Part shown: one piece after another, positions 16,067 through 26,849 of the stretch | Layout of the letters: each line of letters starts with the position of its first letter | How positions within the stretch are numbered: position 1 is the stretch's first letter | Assembly: GCF_000012905.2 (NCBI RefSeq) | Contig: NC_007493.2 | Span: 690,001-722,000 of the forward strand | DNA from: Cereibacter sphaeroides 2.4.1 | GTDB lineage: Bacteria; Pseudomonadota; Alphaproteobacteria; Rhodobacterales; Rhodobacteraceae | Direction of reading: 5' to 3' | DNA: 32,000 nt | Translations under genes and position numbers: made by a program | The notes under the pieces: model-generated | Databases searched by the model: none | Seen by the model: the letters and a program-made list of their open reading frames with translations, nothing else | What the model was told of the DNA's origin: nothing

Positions 16067-16537
16067 TCAGGCGGCGAGCATGACGTCGAGGTGGCGATAG
16101 GCCTCCTCCATCTCGGTCGCCATGGCCGAAGCGGCGACCGCGTCGCGCGCCTCGGGCGTGGCGTAGTCCACCGCCATCGCAAGTTCGGTGCCGCCCTCTA
16201 CGGGCAGAAGCTGCAGGGTCACGAGCGTCTCGCCGCCCGTCCAGTCCTCGTCATAGAGCTCGCTGTGGATCAGCCGGTGCGGCGGTTCGGCCAGGATCAC
16301 CCGGCCGGTGAGACCCCGCGTGCGGCCCTCGGGCCCGGTCCAGACCTGTCGGATGAGGCCGCCCTTGTGGGGCTCGAACACGCACTCGGTCATGGGCCAG
16401 CCCCTCGCGAAGAGCCAGGCCGGAAGGAGCGCGGGGCTCGTGAGGGCGGCCCAGAGCTGTTCGGGGGTCGCCGCGAAATGCCGCCGGAACTCGAGGCGCG
16501 TGGCGCTCCCGGGGCCGATCTGGATTTCGTCCGCCAT
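16067..16537 (-). CDS. SRPBCC-superfamily protein (AHSA1/START-like)
   Basis: 156 aa from the ATG at 16537, with a GGGAGAGGGAGAG SD just upstream on the minus strand. The sequence LEFRRHFAATPEQLWAALTSPALLPAWL ... LIHSELYDEDW is typical of Aha1-domain SRPBCC proteins. It runs opposite to the dcw genes. Confidence 0.8.
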   Translation of the reverse strand: MADEIQIGPGSATRLEFRRHFAATPEQLWAALTSPALLPAWLFARGWPMTECVFEPHKGGLIRQVWTGPEGRTRGLTGRVILAEPPHRLIHSELYDEDWTGGETLVTLQLLPVEGGTELAMAVDYATPEARDAVAASAMATEMEEAYRHLDVMLAA

Positions 16538-16713
16538 CGGTGCTCTCCCTCTCCCGTGCGCCTCCGCGCGCATCGCGCGGCCCTGCCCAAGAAACGTCGG
16601 TCCGGCGCGTCCGTTCCGTCCGCCTTTCCGCTGGCCATGAGCCCCGCATTTGGCTAGACTTTTCACCAGACCCGGAAAACGGGCGGACGAGGCAGTGCAG
16701 GCGGATTTTTCCC

Positions 16714-17880
16714 ATGACTGAGATGGTCTATGGCTCCATGCCCGTGCGGGCAACCGAGCCGGTTCTTCCCCGCTGGTGGCGCACCATCGACAAATGGTCG
16801 CTGACGTCGATTCTGGTGCTGTTCGGGATCGGGCTCCTGCTCGGCCTCGCGGCCTCGGTGCCGCTGGCCACGCGCAACGGGCTCGACCCGTTCTATTATG
16901 TCCAGCGGCAGGCCTTCTTCGGCGGCATGGCGATCGTGGCGATGTTCGCGGTCTCGATGATGTCGCCCGACATGGTGCGCCGCCTGGGCGTGCTGGGATT
17001 CGCCGGCGCCTTCGTGGCCCTCGTGCTGCTGCCCTTCTTCGGAACCGACTTCGGCAAGGGCGCGGTGCGCTGGTTCTCGTTCGGCTTCGCCTCGGTGCAG
17101 CCGTCGGAATTCCTCAAGCCCGGCTTCGTGATCCTCGGCGCCTGGCTCATGGCCGCGAGCCAGGAGCTGAACGGCCCGCCCGGCAAGAGCTTCTCCTTCG
17201 CCCTCACCACCGTGATCGTGCTCCTCCTCGCGATGCAGCCGGACTTCGGTCAGGCCGCACTGGTGCTCTTCGGCTGGAGCGTGATGTATTTCGTGGCCGG
17301 TGCGCCCATGACGCTGATCGCCATCATCATGAGCATCGTGGGCGCGGGCGCCTTCTTCGCCTACAACTCGTCCGAGCACTTCGCGCGCCGGATCGACGGC
17401 TTCCTGAACCCCGATCTCGATCCGCGCACCCAGCTGGGCTACGCCACGAACGCCATCCAGGAGGGCGGCTTCTTCGGCGTGGGTGTGGGCGAGGGGCAGG
17501 TGAAATGGTCGCTGCCCGACGCGCATACCGACTTCATCATCGCGGTCGCGGCCGAGGAATACGGGCTGATCCTCGTCCTCATCATCCTCGCGCTCTACGG
17601 CACGGTGACGGTGCGCAGCCTCTTCCGGCTGATGCGCGAGCGCGATCCCTTCATCCGCCTCGCAGGCACGGGCCTTGCCTGCATCTTCGGCGTGCAGGCC
17701 ATGATCAACATGGGCGTGGCCGTGCGGCTGCTGCCGGCCAAGGGCATGACGCTGCCCTTCGTGAGCTATGGCGGCTCGTCGGTGATCGCGGCGGGGGTGA
17801 CGGTGGGGATGCTGCTGGCCATGACCCGCTCGCGCCCGCAGGGCGAGATCGGCGACATCCTCTTCAAGCGGGGGCGGTGA
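16714..17880 (+). CDS. ftsW: Peptidoglycan glycosyltransferase FtsW (SEDS family)
   Basis: 388 aa from the ATG at 16714. The start is uncertain; 16723 and 16738 are alternatives and there is no strong SD. Motifs [24 protein letters not shown] and [16 protein letters not shown]. About 10 TM segments. Confidence 0.9.
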
Positions 17881-17881
17881 C

Positions 17882-18976
17882 ATGGGCCGGCCGCTCCTCC
17901 TGATCGCAGCGGGAGGGACGGGGGGGCACATGTTTCCCGCTCAGGCCCTGGCCGAGGCGATGGTCCGCCGCGGCTGGCGCGTGAAGCTGTCCACCGATGC
18001 GCGCGGCGCCCGCTATGCCGGGGGCTTCCCCCATGTCGTCGAGATCGAGGAGGTGAGCTCGGCCACCTTCGCGCGCGGCGGCCCGCTGGCCAAGGCGCTG
18101 GTCCCCCTCCGCATCGCGGGCGGCGTGGCCTCGGCCGTCGCGGGCTTCCTGCGCGACCGGCCCTCGGTGGTGGTGGGCTTCGGCGGCTATCCCTCGATTC
18201 CCGCGCTGTCGGCGGCCGTGGCGCTGCGTCTGCCGCGGATGATCCACGAGCAGAACGGGGTGCTCGGCCGGGTGAACCGGCTGTTTGCGCCGCGCGTGCA
18301 GGCGGTCTGCTGCGGAACCTGGCCCACGGACCTGCCCGAGGGGGTCGAGGGCTACTACACCGGCAATCCCGTCCGGGCCGCGGTGCTCGAGCGGGCCGCC
18401 GCCCCCTATATCGTGCCCGGCGACTATCCGATGAGCCTCGTCGTCATCGGCGGCAGTCAGGGCGCGCGGGTCCTCTCGGACGTGGTGCCCGAAGCCATCG
18501 CGCGGCTGCCCGAGGAGATCTTGGCCAACCTCCGCATCGCCCATCAGGCGCGCGAGGAGGATGTGGCGCGCGTCACCGAAGCCTATGACCGGGCGGGGCT
18601 TCTGGCCGAGGTGAAGACCTTCTTCACCGACATTCCGCGCAGGCTCTCGGAGGCGCAGCTCGTGATCTCGCGCTCGGGCGCCTCGTCGGTGGCCGACATC
18701 TCGATCATCGGCCGGCCCGCGATCCTCGTGCCCTTCGCGGCGGCCACTGCCGATCACCAGACCGCGAACGCCCGCGGCCTCGTCGAGGCCGAGGCCGCCA
18801 TCCTCATCCCGGAATCCGCGCTTGACCCCGGCGCGCTCTCGGAGCACATCGCCGCGGTGCTGTCGCAGCCCGACGCGGCGCGGCAGATGGCGCGCAATGC
18901 GCTGGCCCACGGCCGCCCCGATGCCACCGAGCGTCTCGTCGAGGTGGTGGAGCATCTGGCAAGGAAAGAGACATGA
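17882..18976 (+). CDS. murG: Lipid II synthase MurG (UDP-GlcNAc transferase)
   Basis: 364 aa. Motif [16 protein letters not shown]. The start is 1 nt after the ftsW stop. Confidence 0.95.
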
Positions 18977-20385
18977 ACGCCGCAACGAAGCTGCCGGGGG
19001 AACTCGGCCCCATCCATTTCGTCGGCATCGGCGGCATCGGCATGTCGGGCATCGCCGAGGTGCTGATGACACTGGGCTACCGCGTGCAGGGCTCGGATGC
19101 GAAGGCCTCGAAGATCACCGAGCGGCTGGTGTCGCTGGGCGCCACCTTCTTCGAGGGGCAGCGCGCGGGCAACCTCGGCGAGGCGGCGGTCGTCGTGATC
19201 TCCTCGGCGATCAAGAAGGGCAATCCCGAGCTCGAGGAGGCGCGGCTGCGCGGCCTGCCGGTGGTGCGCCGGGCCGAGATGCTGGCCGAGCTGATGCGGA
19301 TGCGCTCGAACATCGCCATCGCGGGCACCCACGGCAAGACCACGACCACTACCATGGTGGCCACCCTTCTGGACAAGGGCGGCTTCGATCCGACCGTCAT
19401 CAACGGCGGCGTGATCCATGCCTATGGCTCGAACGCCCGGGCGGGCGCCGGCGAATGGATGGTGGTCGAAGCGGACGAATCGGACGGCTCGTTCAACCGC
19501 CTGCCCGCGACCATCGCCATCGTGACGAACATCGACCCCGAGCACATGGAGCACTGGGGCTCGTTCGATGCGCTGCGCAAGGGCTTCTACGACTTCGTCA
19601 CCAACATCCCCTTCTACGGCCTCGCCGTCTGCTGCACCGACCATGCCGAGGTGCAGGCGCTGGTCGGCCGCGTGACCGACCGCAGGATCGTGACCTTCGG
19701 CTTCAACGCGCAGGCCGACGTGCGCGCGATCAACCTGCGCTACGAGAACGGCATCGCCCATTTCGACGTGGCCCTGCAGTCCGAAGGAACGGGCCATGTG
19801 ATCGAGGGCATGAGCCTGCCGATGCCGGGCGACCATAACGTGTCGAACGCGCTGGCCGCGGTCGCGGTGGCCCGCCATCTCGGCATGAAGAAGGACGAGA
19901 TCCGCGAGGCCTTGGCGGCCTTCGGCGGCGTCAACCGGCGCTTCACCAAGGTGGGCGAGGTGGGCGGCGTCACCATCATCGACGATTACGGCCACCATCC
20001 GGTCGAGATCGCGGCGGTGCTGAAGGCCGCGCGGCAGGCGGTGAAGGGGCGGGTGATCGCGGTCCACCAGCCGCACCGCTACAGCCGGCTCCATTCGCTG
20101 TTCGACGACTTCTGCACCTGCTTCAACGAGGCCGATGTGGTGGCCATCGCCGAGGTCTATGCCGCGGGCGAGGATCCGATCCCGGGGGCCGGCCGCGACG
20201 ATCTGGTGGCGGGGCTCATCGCCCACGGCCACCGGCACGCGCGCGCCATCCTCTGCGAGGACGATCTCGAGCGGCTGGTGCGCGAGCAGGCCCGGCCGGG
20301 CGACATGGTCGTGTGCCTCGGCGCGGGCACCATCTCGGCCTGGGCGAACAACCTGCCCGCGCGTCTGATGGGGAAGGCGGCGTAA
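18973..20385 (+). CDS. murC: UDP-N-acetylmuramate:L-alanine ligase MurC
   Basis: 470 aa. Motifs [18 protein letters not shown] and [14 protein letters not shown] overlap with murG. Confidence 0.96.
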
Positions 20386-20398
20386 GCCGCCGAGGGGG

Positions 20399-20653
20399 AT
20401 GGTCGCTCCGCTTCTCCTCGCCGGGCTCTGGGTGGTGGCTGCGATGGCCGTCCATCACCTGCCGGCCCGCGTGCACTGGCTGGGCCTTGCCCTCCTCATC
20501 CTGGCCGGCATCCCGCTTCTCGGCTGGGTGACCTACCGGCACGGACCCTTCCTCGGCATGTTCGCCCTGATCCTCGGCGCGGCCAGCCTCTACTGGCCGG
20601 TGGGCCGGTTCGGCGGCCGCCTGCGCCGCCCGCCGCCGGAGCATATCGAATGA
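20399..20653 (+). CDS. Small three-TM membrane protein (possibly DUF2484-type)
   Basis: 84 aa with three hydrophobic helices and an Arg-rich tail. GAGGGGG SD upstream and ATGA overlap with murB. The family name is a recollection, not verified. Confidence 0.65.
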   Translation: MVAPLLLAGLWVVAAMAVHHLPARVHWLGLALLILAGIPLLGWVTYRHGPFLGMFALILGAASLYWPVGRFGGRLRRPPPEHIE

Positions 20654-21576
20654 TGCCGCCCGTCCGCGGCACCCTGACCCAAGGCCGCTCCCTCGCCGAT
20701 CTGACCTGGCTCCGCGTGGGCGGCCCGGCCGACTGGCTGTTCCAGCCCGCCGACGAGGCCGACCTCGTGCAGTTCCTCGGCGCGCTCGATCCGGCGGTGC
20801 CGGTCTTCCCGATGGGCGTGGGCTCGAACCTCATCGTCCGCGACGGCGGGCTGCGCGCCGTGGTGATCCGGCTCGGCCGCGGCTTCAACGCGATCCGCAT
20901 CGAGGGCGACCGCGTGATCGCCGGGGCCGCCGCGCTCGATGCCCATGTGGCGCGCCACGCGGCGGATGCGGGGCGCGACCTCACCTTCCTGCGCACCATC
21001 CCCGGCTCGATCGGCGGGGCGGTGCGGATGAACGCGGGCTGCTACGGCTCTTATGTCGCGGACCATCTGATCGAGGTTCGCGCCGTCACGCGCGAGGGCA
21101 GGCCGGTCACGCTGCCCGCGGCCGAGCTGGGCCTCGCCTACCGCCAAAGTGCCCTGCCCGAGGGCTGCGTGCTGACCGAGGCCACCTTCCGCGCCGAGGC
21201 GGGCGATCCGGCCGCACTCGCGCGCCGCATGGACGAGCAGATCGCGCGCAGGGATTCGAGCCAGCCCACGAAGGAGCGCAGCGCGGGCTCGACCTTTCGC
21301 AATCCGGCCGGTTTTTCCTCGACCGGGCGAGCCGACGACACGCACGAGTTGAAGGCCTGGAAGCTCATCGACGAGGCCGGACTGCGCGGCGCGCGACGCG
21401 GCGGGGCGCAGATGAGCGAGATGCATTCCAACTTCCTCATCAACGCGGGCGGCGCCACGGCGGCCGATCTCGAAGGTTTGGGGGAGGAAGTGATAAAAAG
21501 GGTTTTCCAAAGCTCGGGAATCCGGCTAGAGTGGGAAATCATGCGGGTTGGTGAACTGCCCGTTAACAAAGAATAA
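20650..21576 (+). CDS. murB: UDP-N-acetylenolpyruvoylglucosamine reductase MurB
   Basis: 308 aa. The FAD-binding N-terminal region carries [10 protein letters not shown]. Also GSTFRNP and the MurB C-terminal domain. Confidence 0.95.
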   Translation: MMPPVRGTLTQGRSLADLTWLRVGGPADWLFQPADEADLVQFLGALDPAVPVFPMGVGSNLIVRDGGLRAVVIRLGRGFNAIRIEGDRVIAGAAALDAHVARHAADAGRDLTFLRTIPGSIGGAVRMNAGCYGSYVADHLIEVRAVTREGRPVTLPAAELGLAYRQSALPEGCVLTEATFRAEAGDPAALARRMDEQIARRDSSQPTKERSAGSTFRNPAGFSSTGRADDTHELKAWKLIDEAGLRGARRGGAQMSEMHSNFLINAGGATAADLEGLGEEVIKRVFQSSGIRLEWEIMRVGELPVNKE

Positions 21577-21615
21577 TAACGCGTCCACAGGACGCGGCTG
21601 AGGCGGAAAAGATAC

Positions 21616-22539
21616 ATGGCGGGACAGTCCGGCAGGACGTTCCCCAGGGTTGCTGTGCTGATGGGCGGGGCCTCGACCGAGCGCGAGGTGTCGCTGTCGT
21701 CGGGCCATTCGTGCAGCGCAGCCCTGCGGGACGCAGGCTATGAGGTGACGGAGGTCGATGCCGGCCCCGACCTCGCCCGCGTGCTGGCGGAGCTTTCTCC
21801 CGATGCGGTCTTCAACGCGCTCCACGGCCGCTGGGGCGAGGATGGCTGCGTGCAGGGCCTGCTCGAGTGGCTGCGCATTCCCTACACCCATTCCGGGGTG
21901 CTGGCCTCGGCGCTGGCCATGGACAAGGCCCGCGCGAAGGAGGTCTTCGCCGCGGCCGGGCTGCCCGTGACCCAGAGCGTGCTCGCCACGCCCGAGGAGG
22001 TACGGGCGCGCCACATCCTGCCGCCGCCCTATGTGGTCAAGCCCAATGCCGAGGGCTCTTCGGTAGGCGTCTATATCGTGCACGAGGATGCCAACGGTCC
22101 GCCGCAGCTCGCGGCCGACATGCCGCAAGACCTGATGGTCGAGACCTATGTCCCCGGCCGCGAACTCACCGTCACCGTGATGGGCGACCGGGTGCTCGCG
22201 GTCACCGATATCCTGTCCGACGGCTGGTACGATTACGACGCCAAATACCGTCCCGGCGGCTCGCGTCATATCGTGCCTGCGGACCTGCCGGCCGAGATCA
22301 CCGAGGCCTGCCACGACATCGCACTCCGTGCCCACCGCGCGCTCGGTTGCCGCGGCATCTCGCGCTCGGACCTGCGCTGGGACGAAGCGCGCGGGTTGGC
22401 GGGGCTGATCCTCCTTGAGACCAACACTCAGCCGGGCATGACCCCCACCTCGCTCTCGCCCGAGCAGGCGGCGCATTGCGGCTATTCCTTCCCCGAGTTC
22501 TGCGCCTGGTTGGTGGAGGACGCCTCATGCAGTCGCTGA
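21616..22539 (+). CDS. ddl: D-alanine--D-alanine ligase
   Basis: 307 aa. Motifs [29 protein letters not shown] and an ATP-grasp C-terminus ETNTQPGMT. Confidence 0.95.
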   Translation: MAGQSGRTFPRVAVLMGGASTEREVSLSSGHSCSAALRDAGYEVTEVDAGPDLARVLAELSPDAVFNALHGRWGEDGCVQGLLEWLRIPYTHSGVLASALAMDKARAKEVFAAAGLPVTQSVLATPEEVRARHILPPPYVVKPNAEGSSVGVYIVHEDANGPPQLAADMPQDLMVETYVPGRELTVTVMGDRVLAVTDILSDGWYDYDAKYRPGGSRHIVPADLPAEITEACHDIALRAHRALGCRGISRSDLRWDEARGLAGLILLETNTQPGMTPTSLSPEQAAHCGYSFPEFCAWLVEDASCSR

Positions 22540-23453
22540 GCTTCCCGCCGAACCGCCGCACCCCCCGGCTCGCGCCGCCGCGCCGCGAGACCGGCCGCCG
22601 CGACCCTGCGCCCTCGCGCTGGGCCTATCGCGCGCAGCGGCTCTGGCTCACGCCCATGTTCCGCACGGCGCTCCGCGTGGGGCTGCCGATCGTGGGCGTG
22701 CTGCTGGTGGTGGCGCTGATCTTCGCCAGCGCCGACCGGCGCGCCGCCATGGCGGGCGCCTTCACCGGCCTCGTCGACAGCTTCCAGCAACGCCCCGAAT
22801 TCATGGTAACGCTGCTTTCGGTCGATGGCGCCTCGCCGGAACTCTCAGACCGGATCCGGGCCACGCTGGCGCTGAAGCTGCCGCTCAGCTCGTTCGACAT
22901 CGACCTGACCGCCGCCCGCGCCCGCATCGAGAGCATCGACGCGGTGGCGCAGGCCGAGGTGCGGGTGCGCTCGGGCGGACTGCTCGAGGTGCGCGTGACC
23001 GAGCGCGAACCCGCGATCATCTGGCGCCGGGCCGCGAACCTCGTGCTTCTCGACGGGACCGGCCGCCGCGTGGACGATCTCGCCTTCCGCAGCGAGCGGG
23101 GCGATCTGGCGGTGATCGCGGGCGAGGGCGCCGAGCGCGCCGTGCCCGAGGCGCTCGAGATTCTCGCCGCCGCCCGCCCCATCCTCGAGCGGATCCGCGG
23201 GCTCGTGCGGATGGGCGAGCGGCGCTGGGACATCGTGCTCGACCGCGGGCAGCGCATTCAGCTGCCCGTCGAGGAACCCGTGGCTGCCGTCGAGCGGATG
23301 ATCGCGCTCGACGAGGCCGAGGACCTTCTGGACCGCGACGTGATTTCCGTCGACCTGCGCATCAAGGACCGTCCGGTGCTGAGGCTCGCGCCCTACGCCC
23401 TGAACGCCGTCCGCCGCGCGCGGGGCATTGATACAAGTGGAAGCGACCTATGA
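22527..23453 (+). CDS. ftsQ: Cell division protein FtsQ
   Basis: 308 aa from the ATG at 22527, with GGAGGA 6 nt upstream and a 13-nt overlap with ddl. It has a basic N-terminus, the TM segment [16 protein letters not shown], and a POTRA/FtsQ region. The 22476 start is unlikely. Confidence 0.88.
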   Translation: MQSLSFPPNRRTPRLAPPRRETGRRDPAPSRWAYRAQRLWLTPMFRTALRVGLPIVGVLLVVALIFASADRRAAMAGAFTGLVDSFQQRPEFMVTLLSVDGASPELSDRIRATLALKLPLSSFDIDLTAARARIESIDAVAQAEVRVRSGGLLEVRVTEREPAIIWRRAANLVLLDGTGRRVDDLAFRSERGDLAVIAGEGAERAVPEALEILAAARPILERIRGLVRMGERRWDIVLDRGQRIQLPVEEPVAAVERMIALDEAEDLLDRDVISVDLRIKDRPVLRLAPYALNAVRRARGIDTSGSDL

Positions 23454-24784
23454 CCGACCTCTATCAGTCCCAGCGCGCCATGCGGAACATGCGCCGCGCC
23501 GCCATGCAGCGGGGCGTGATCGCGATCCTCGACGTGGGCTCTTCCAAGATCACCTGCCTGATCCTGCGCTTCGACGGGCCGGACCGGCTGCGCGAGCATG
23601 ACGGGGTGGGGCCGATGGCCGGGCAGTCCTCGTTCCGGGTCATCGGGGCCGCCACCACCCGGTCGCGCGGGGTGCATTTCGGCGAGATCTCGGTGATGAA
23701 CGAGACCGAGCGCGCGATCCGCACCGCGGTGCAGGCGGCGCAGAAGATGGCCAACGTCCGGGTGGACCATGTGATCGCCTGTTTCGCCGGCGCCGATCCG
23801 CGCAGCTACGGCCTCGCGGGCGAGTGGGAGCTGCAGGATTCGGTCGTGACCGAGCAGGATGTGGCCCGCGTGATGGCCGCCTGCGACGTGCCCGACTTCG
23901 GTCAGGGCCGCGAGGTGCTGCACGCCCAGCCGGTGAACTTCGCCCTCGACCACCGCACCGGGCTCGGCGATCCGCGGGGCCAGATCGGCAACCGGCTGGC
24001 GGTGGACATGCACCTGCTCACCGTCGAGGCGGACGCGATCCAGAACCTGCTCTACTGCATCAAGCGCTGCGACCTCGAACTCGCGGGGATCGCCTCCTCG
24101 GCCTATGTCTCGGGCGTCTCGTCGCTCGTCGAGGACGAGCAGGAGCTGGGGGCCGCCTGCATCGACATGGGCGGCGGTGCCACGGGCCTGTCGATCTTCA
24201 TCAAGAAGCACATGATCTTCGCGGATTCGGTGCGGATGGGCGGCGACCATGTGACCTCGGACATTTCCAAGGGCCTGCAGGTGCCGCTTGCCACCGCCGA
24301 GAAGATCAAGACGCGGCACGGCGGCGTCGTGGCCACCGGCATGGACGACCGCGAGATGATCGACATCGGCGCGGACACCGGCGACTGGGACAAGGACCGC
24401 CGCACCGTCAGCCGGGCCGAGCTGATCGGCATCATGCGTCCGCGCGTCGAGGAGATCCTCGAAGAGGCGCGCGCGCGTCTCGATGCGGCCGGTTTCGAGC
24501 ATCTGCCGAGCCAGCAGATCGTCATCACCGGGGGCGGCAGCCAGATCCCGGGTCTCGACGGTCTCGCGGCCCGGATCCTCGGCCAGCGGGTCCGTCTGGG
24601 GCGCCCGCTGCGCGTTCAGGGCCTGCCGCAGCAGGTCTCCGGGCCGGGCTTCTCCTCGGCCGTGGGGCTCTGCCTCTTTGCGGCCCATCCGCAGGACGAA
24701 TGGTGGGATTTCGACATTCCGGCAGAGCGCTATCCCGCCCGGTCCCTGCGGAGGGCCATCAAATGGTTCAAGGACAACTGGTAA
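23450..24784 (+). CDS. ftsA: Cell division protein FtsA
   Basis: 444 aa, actin-like ATPase. Motifs ILDVGSSKITCLI, CIDMGGGATGLSIF and ITGGGSQIPGL. ATGA overlap with ftsQ. Confidence 0.95.
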   Translation: MTDLYQSQRAMRNMRRAAMQRGVIAILDVGSSKITCLILRFDGPDRLREHDGVGPMAGQSSFRVIGAATTRSRGVHFGEISVMNETERAIRTAVQAAQKMANVRVDHVIACFAGADPRSYGLAGEWELQDSVVTEQDVARVMAACDVPDFGQGREVLHAQPVNFALDHRTGLGDPRGQIGNRLAVDMHLLTVEADAIQNLLYCIKRCDLELAGIASSAYVSGVSSLVEDEQELGAACIDMGGGATGLSIFIKKHMIFADSVRMGGDHVTSDISKGLQVPLATAEKIKTRHGGVVATGMDDREMIDIGADTGDWDKDRRTVSRAELIGIMRPRVEEILEEARARLDAAGFEHLPSQQIVITGGGSQIPGLDGLAARILGQRVRLGRPLRVQGLPQQVSGPGFSSAVGLCLFAAHPQDEWWDFDIPAERYPARSLRRAIKWFKDNW

Positions 24785-24835
24785 GCCCCAGATCCTGCGT
24801 CCTCAGCGAAATACCGCTTACGCGGCCCGGCGATC

Positions 24836-24852
24836 ACCCACATTTTGTGGGT
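24836..24852. promoter_or_regulatory. Perfect palindrome ACCCACA-TTT-TGTGGGT in the ftsA-ftsZ spacer
   Basis: Two 7-bp arms with a 3-nt centre, followed 8 nt later by a T7 run (24861-24867). It could be a protein-binding site or a weak attenuator hairpin. Confidence 0.3.
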
Positions 24853-24865
24853 AATTTGCCTTTTT

Positions 24866-24895
24866 TTGATGACGACTCCGGCGTCTGCCGATAAG
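24866..24895 (+). promoter_or_regulatory. Candidate sigma70-type ftsZ promoter
   Basis: TTGATG (24866-24871) - 18 nt - GATAAG (24890-24895), in the least GC-rich part of the spacer and about 70 nt upstream of the ftsZ ATG. This is a hexamer match only. Confidence 0.25.
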
Positions 24896-24963
24896 GTCGT
24901 TCCAATGCGGAGAAGGGCGCTGCTAAACGCGCCGAAGGACAACGACAAGCAGGCGGATTGGCA

Positions 24964-26622
24964 ATGGCACTCAACCTCATGATGAACAACGCACGTGAAG
25001 AGCTGAAGCCGCGCATCACCGTGTTCGGTGTAGGCGGTGCCGGCGGCAATGCCGTCAACAACATGATCGAGCAGCAGCTGGAAGGGGTGGAGTTCGTCGT
25101 GGCGAACACCGACGCCCAGGCCCTCCAGCAGAGCCGCGCGACCTCGAAGATCCAGATGGGCGTGAAGGTGACCGAGGGTCTCGGCGCGGGCGCCCGTCCG
25201 TCGGTCGGGGCCGCCGCCGCCGAGGAGACGATCGAGGAGATCGTGGACCATCTCGCGGGCGCGCACATGTGCTTCATCACCGCCGGCATGGGCGGCGGGA
25301 CCGGCACCGGCGCGGCGCCGATCATCGCACAGGCCGCGCGCGAGCTGGGCGTGCTGACCGTGGGCGTCGTGACCAAGCCCTTCCAGTTCGAGGGCGCCAA
25401 GCGGATGCGACAGGCCGAGGACGGCATCGACGCGCTGCAGAAGGTGGTCGACACCCTCATCATCATTCCGAACCAGAACCTGTTCCGCCTCGCCAACGAG
25501 CGCACGACCTTCACCGAGGCCTTCGCGCTGGCCGACGACGTGCTCTATCAGGGCGTGAAGGGCGTGACCGACCTGATGGTGCGGCCGGGCCTCATCAACC
25601 TCGACTTCGCCGACGTGCGCGCGGTGATGGACGAGATGGGCAAGGCCATGATGGGCACCGGCGAGGCGATGGGCGAAGACCGCGCGCTGCAGGCCGCCGA
25701 GAAGGCCATCGCGAACCCGCTGCTCGACGAGATCAGCCTCAACGGCGCCAAGGGCGTGCTCATCAACATCACGGGCGGCTACGATCTCACGCTGTTCGAG
25801 CTGGACGAAGCGGCGAACGTCATCCGCGAGAAGGTGGATTCGGACGCCAACATCATCGTGGGCTCGACCCTCGACACTTCGATGGAAGGCATGATCCGCG
25901 TGTCGGTCGTGGCCACCGGCATCGACGCCACGAAGCCCGCGCAGGACATGCCGGTGCCGCGCCGCTCGATGGCCGCGCCGCTGCCCGCGAGCTTCTCGCA
26001 GCCCGAGCCCACCCCGGCGCCGCAGCCCGCTCCGCGTCGCGAGATGCCGGCCCCGCGCGCGGCCCAGCCGGCCGCTGCGCAGCCTGCGCCGCAACCCGAG
26101 CCGCAGCCCGCGCCCGAGCCTGCGGCGCACCACTTCGACCCGGCTGCCAGCCAGCATTACGAGCAGGACCACTACGTCGACGAGGACGACATGCCGCCGC
26201 CGGCCTACCGCCCGCAGCCGCAGGCGCAGCCCCGTGCGACGAACGTGCACGAGCAGGACGCCGCCGCCTTCGTGGCGCCCCGTCCGCGCGCGCCCGGCCA
26301 GCCCTCGCCCGAAGCGCTCGCCCGCCTGCAGGCCGCGGTGAACAAGAACCCGGCGCAGAACCGTCCCGGCATGGCCGCAGGCCAGCAACGCCCCGCCGCT
26401 CCGGTCCAGCGTCCGGCCGCCGCCGCCTCGGCCGAGAAGCCGCGCTTCGGCATCGGCTCGCTCATCAACCGGATGGCCGGCCACGGCGAGCAGCAGCCCG
26501 AGCCGCGCCCGCAGCAGTCGCGCCAGCAGCCGCCGGTGACGAGCTACGAGGACGAGCCGGAGATGTCCGCCGACCAGGAGCGCATCGAGATCCCGGCGTT
26601 CCTGCGGCGTCAGGCAAACTGA
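24964..26622 (+). CDS. ftsZ: Cell division GTPase FtsZ
   Basis: 552 aa from the ATG at 24964; the ORF track begins 2 codons earlier at a TTG. Motifs [13 protein letters not shown] and the tubulin signature [11 protein letters not shown] long P/Q/A-rich linker precedes the conserved C-terminal peptide [12 protein letters not shown]. Confidence 0.96.
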   Translation: MALNLMMNNAREELKPRITVFGVGGAGGNAVNNMIEQQLEGVEFVVANTDAQALQQSRATSKIQMGVKVTEGLGAGARPSVGAAAAEETIEEIVDHLAGAHMCFITAGMGGGTGTGAAPIIAQAARELGVLTVGVVTKPFQFEGAKRMRQAEDGIDALQKVVDTLIIIPNQNLFRLANERTTFTEAFALADDVLYQGVKGVTDLMVRPGLINLDFADVRAVMDEMGKAMMGTGEAMGEDRALQAAEKAIANPLLDEISLNGAKGVLINITGGYDLTLFELDEAANVIREKVDSDANIIVGSTLDTSMEGMIRVSVVATGIDATKPAQDMPVPRRSMAAPLPASFSQPEPTPAPQPAPRREMPAPRAAQPAAAQPAPQPEPQPAPEPAAHHFDPAASQHYEQDHYVDEDDMPPPAYRPQPQAQPRATNVHEQDAAAFVAPRPRAPGQPSPEALARLQAAVNKNPAQNRPGMAAGQQRPAAPVQRPAAAASAEKPRFGIGSLINRMAGHGEQQPEPRPQQSRQQPPVTSYEDEPEMSADQERIEIPAFLRRQAN

Positions 26623-26643
26623 TCCGTTCACATCTCTTTTTGG

Positions 26644-26675
26644 AAAGGCCCGGCGCGTCCGGGCCTTTTTCTTTT
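26644..26675 (+). terminator. Rho-independent terminator after ftsZ
   Basis: Stem AAAGGCCCGG (26644-26653) / CCGGGCCTTT (26659-26668), 10 bp with a 5-nt loop, followed by TTCTTTT. Confidence 0.8.
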
Positions 26676-26849
26676 ACGGATCAAGCAGTTCCGGCGGGTC
26701 GGCGGAGAGGGTGCGCCGATGACGTCTCTCTGTTACATGCGGTCACAAAGAGTGAATTGAGAAGAAATGCGCGACATCCTAACTCACGATGGCAAGACGG
26801 ACTGAAGCCGTCGACGTGAACCGGACCACAAGCCGGAAAGGACAAGGCC

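Noticed and set aside
21562-21595. CtrA-like half match TTAA-N7-TAAT in the AT-rich 3' end of murB, and a 7-bp hairpin (21579-21595) before ddl
   Set aside because: The second half-site does not match TTAA. The AT-richness is explained by the murB C-terminal codons (..VNKE) and stop region. The hairpin has no T-tract.
25900-26560. Low-complexity P/Q/A-rich repeats in the C-terminal half of ftsZ
   Set aside because: A long disordered linker between the GTPase core and the conserved C-terminal peptide is normal for alphaproteobacterial FtsZ. It is not a separate feature.
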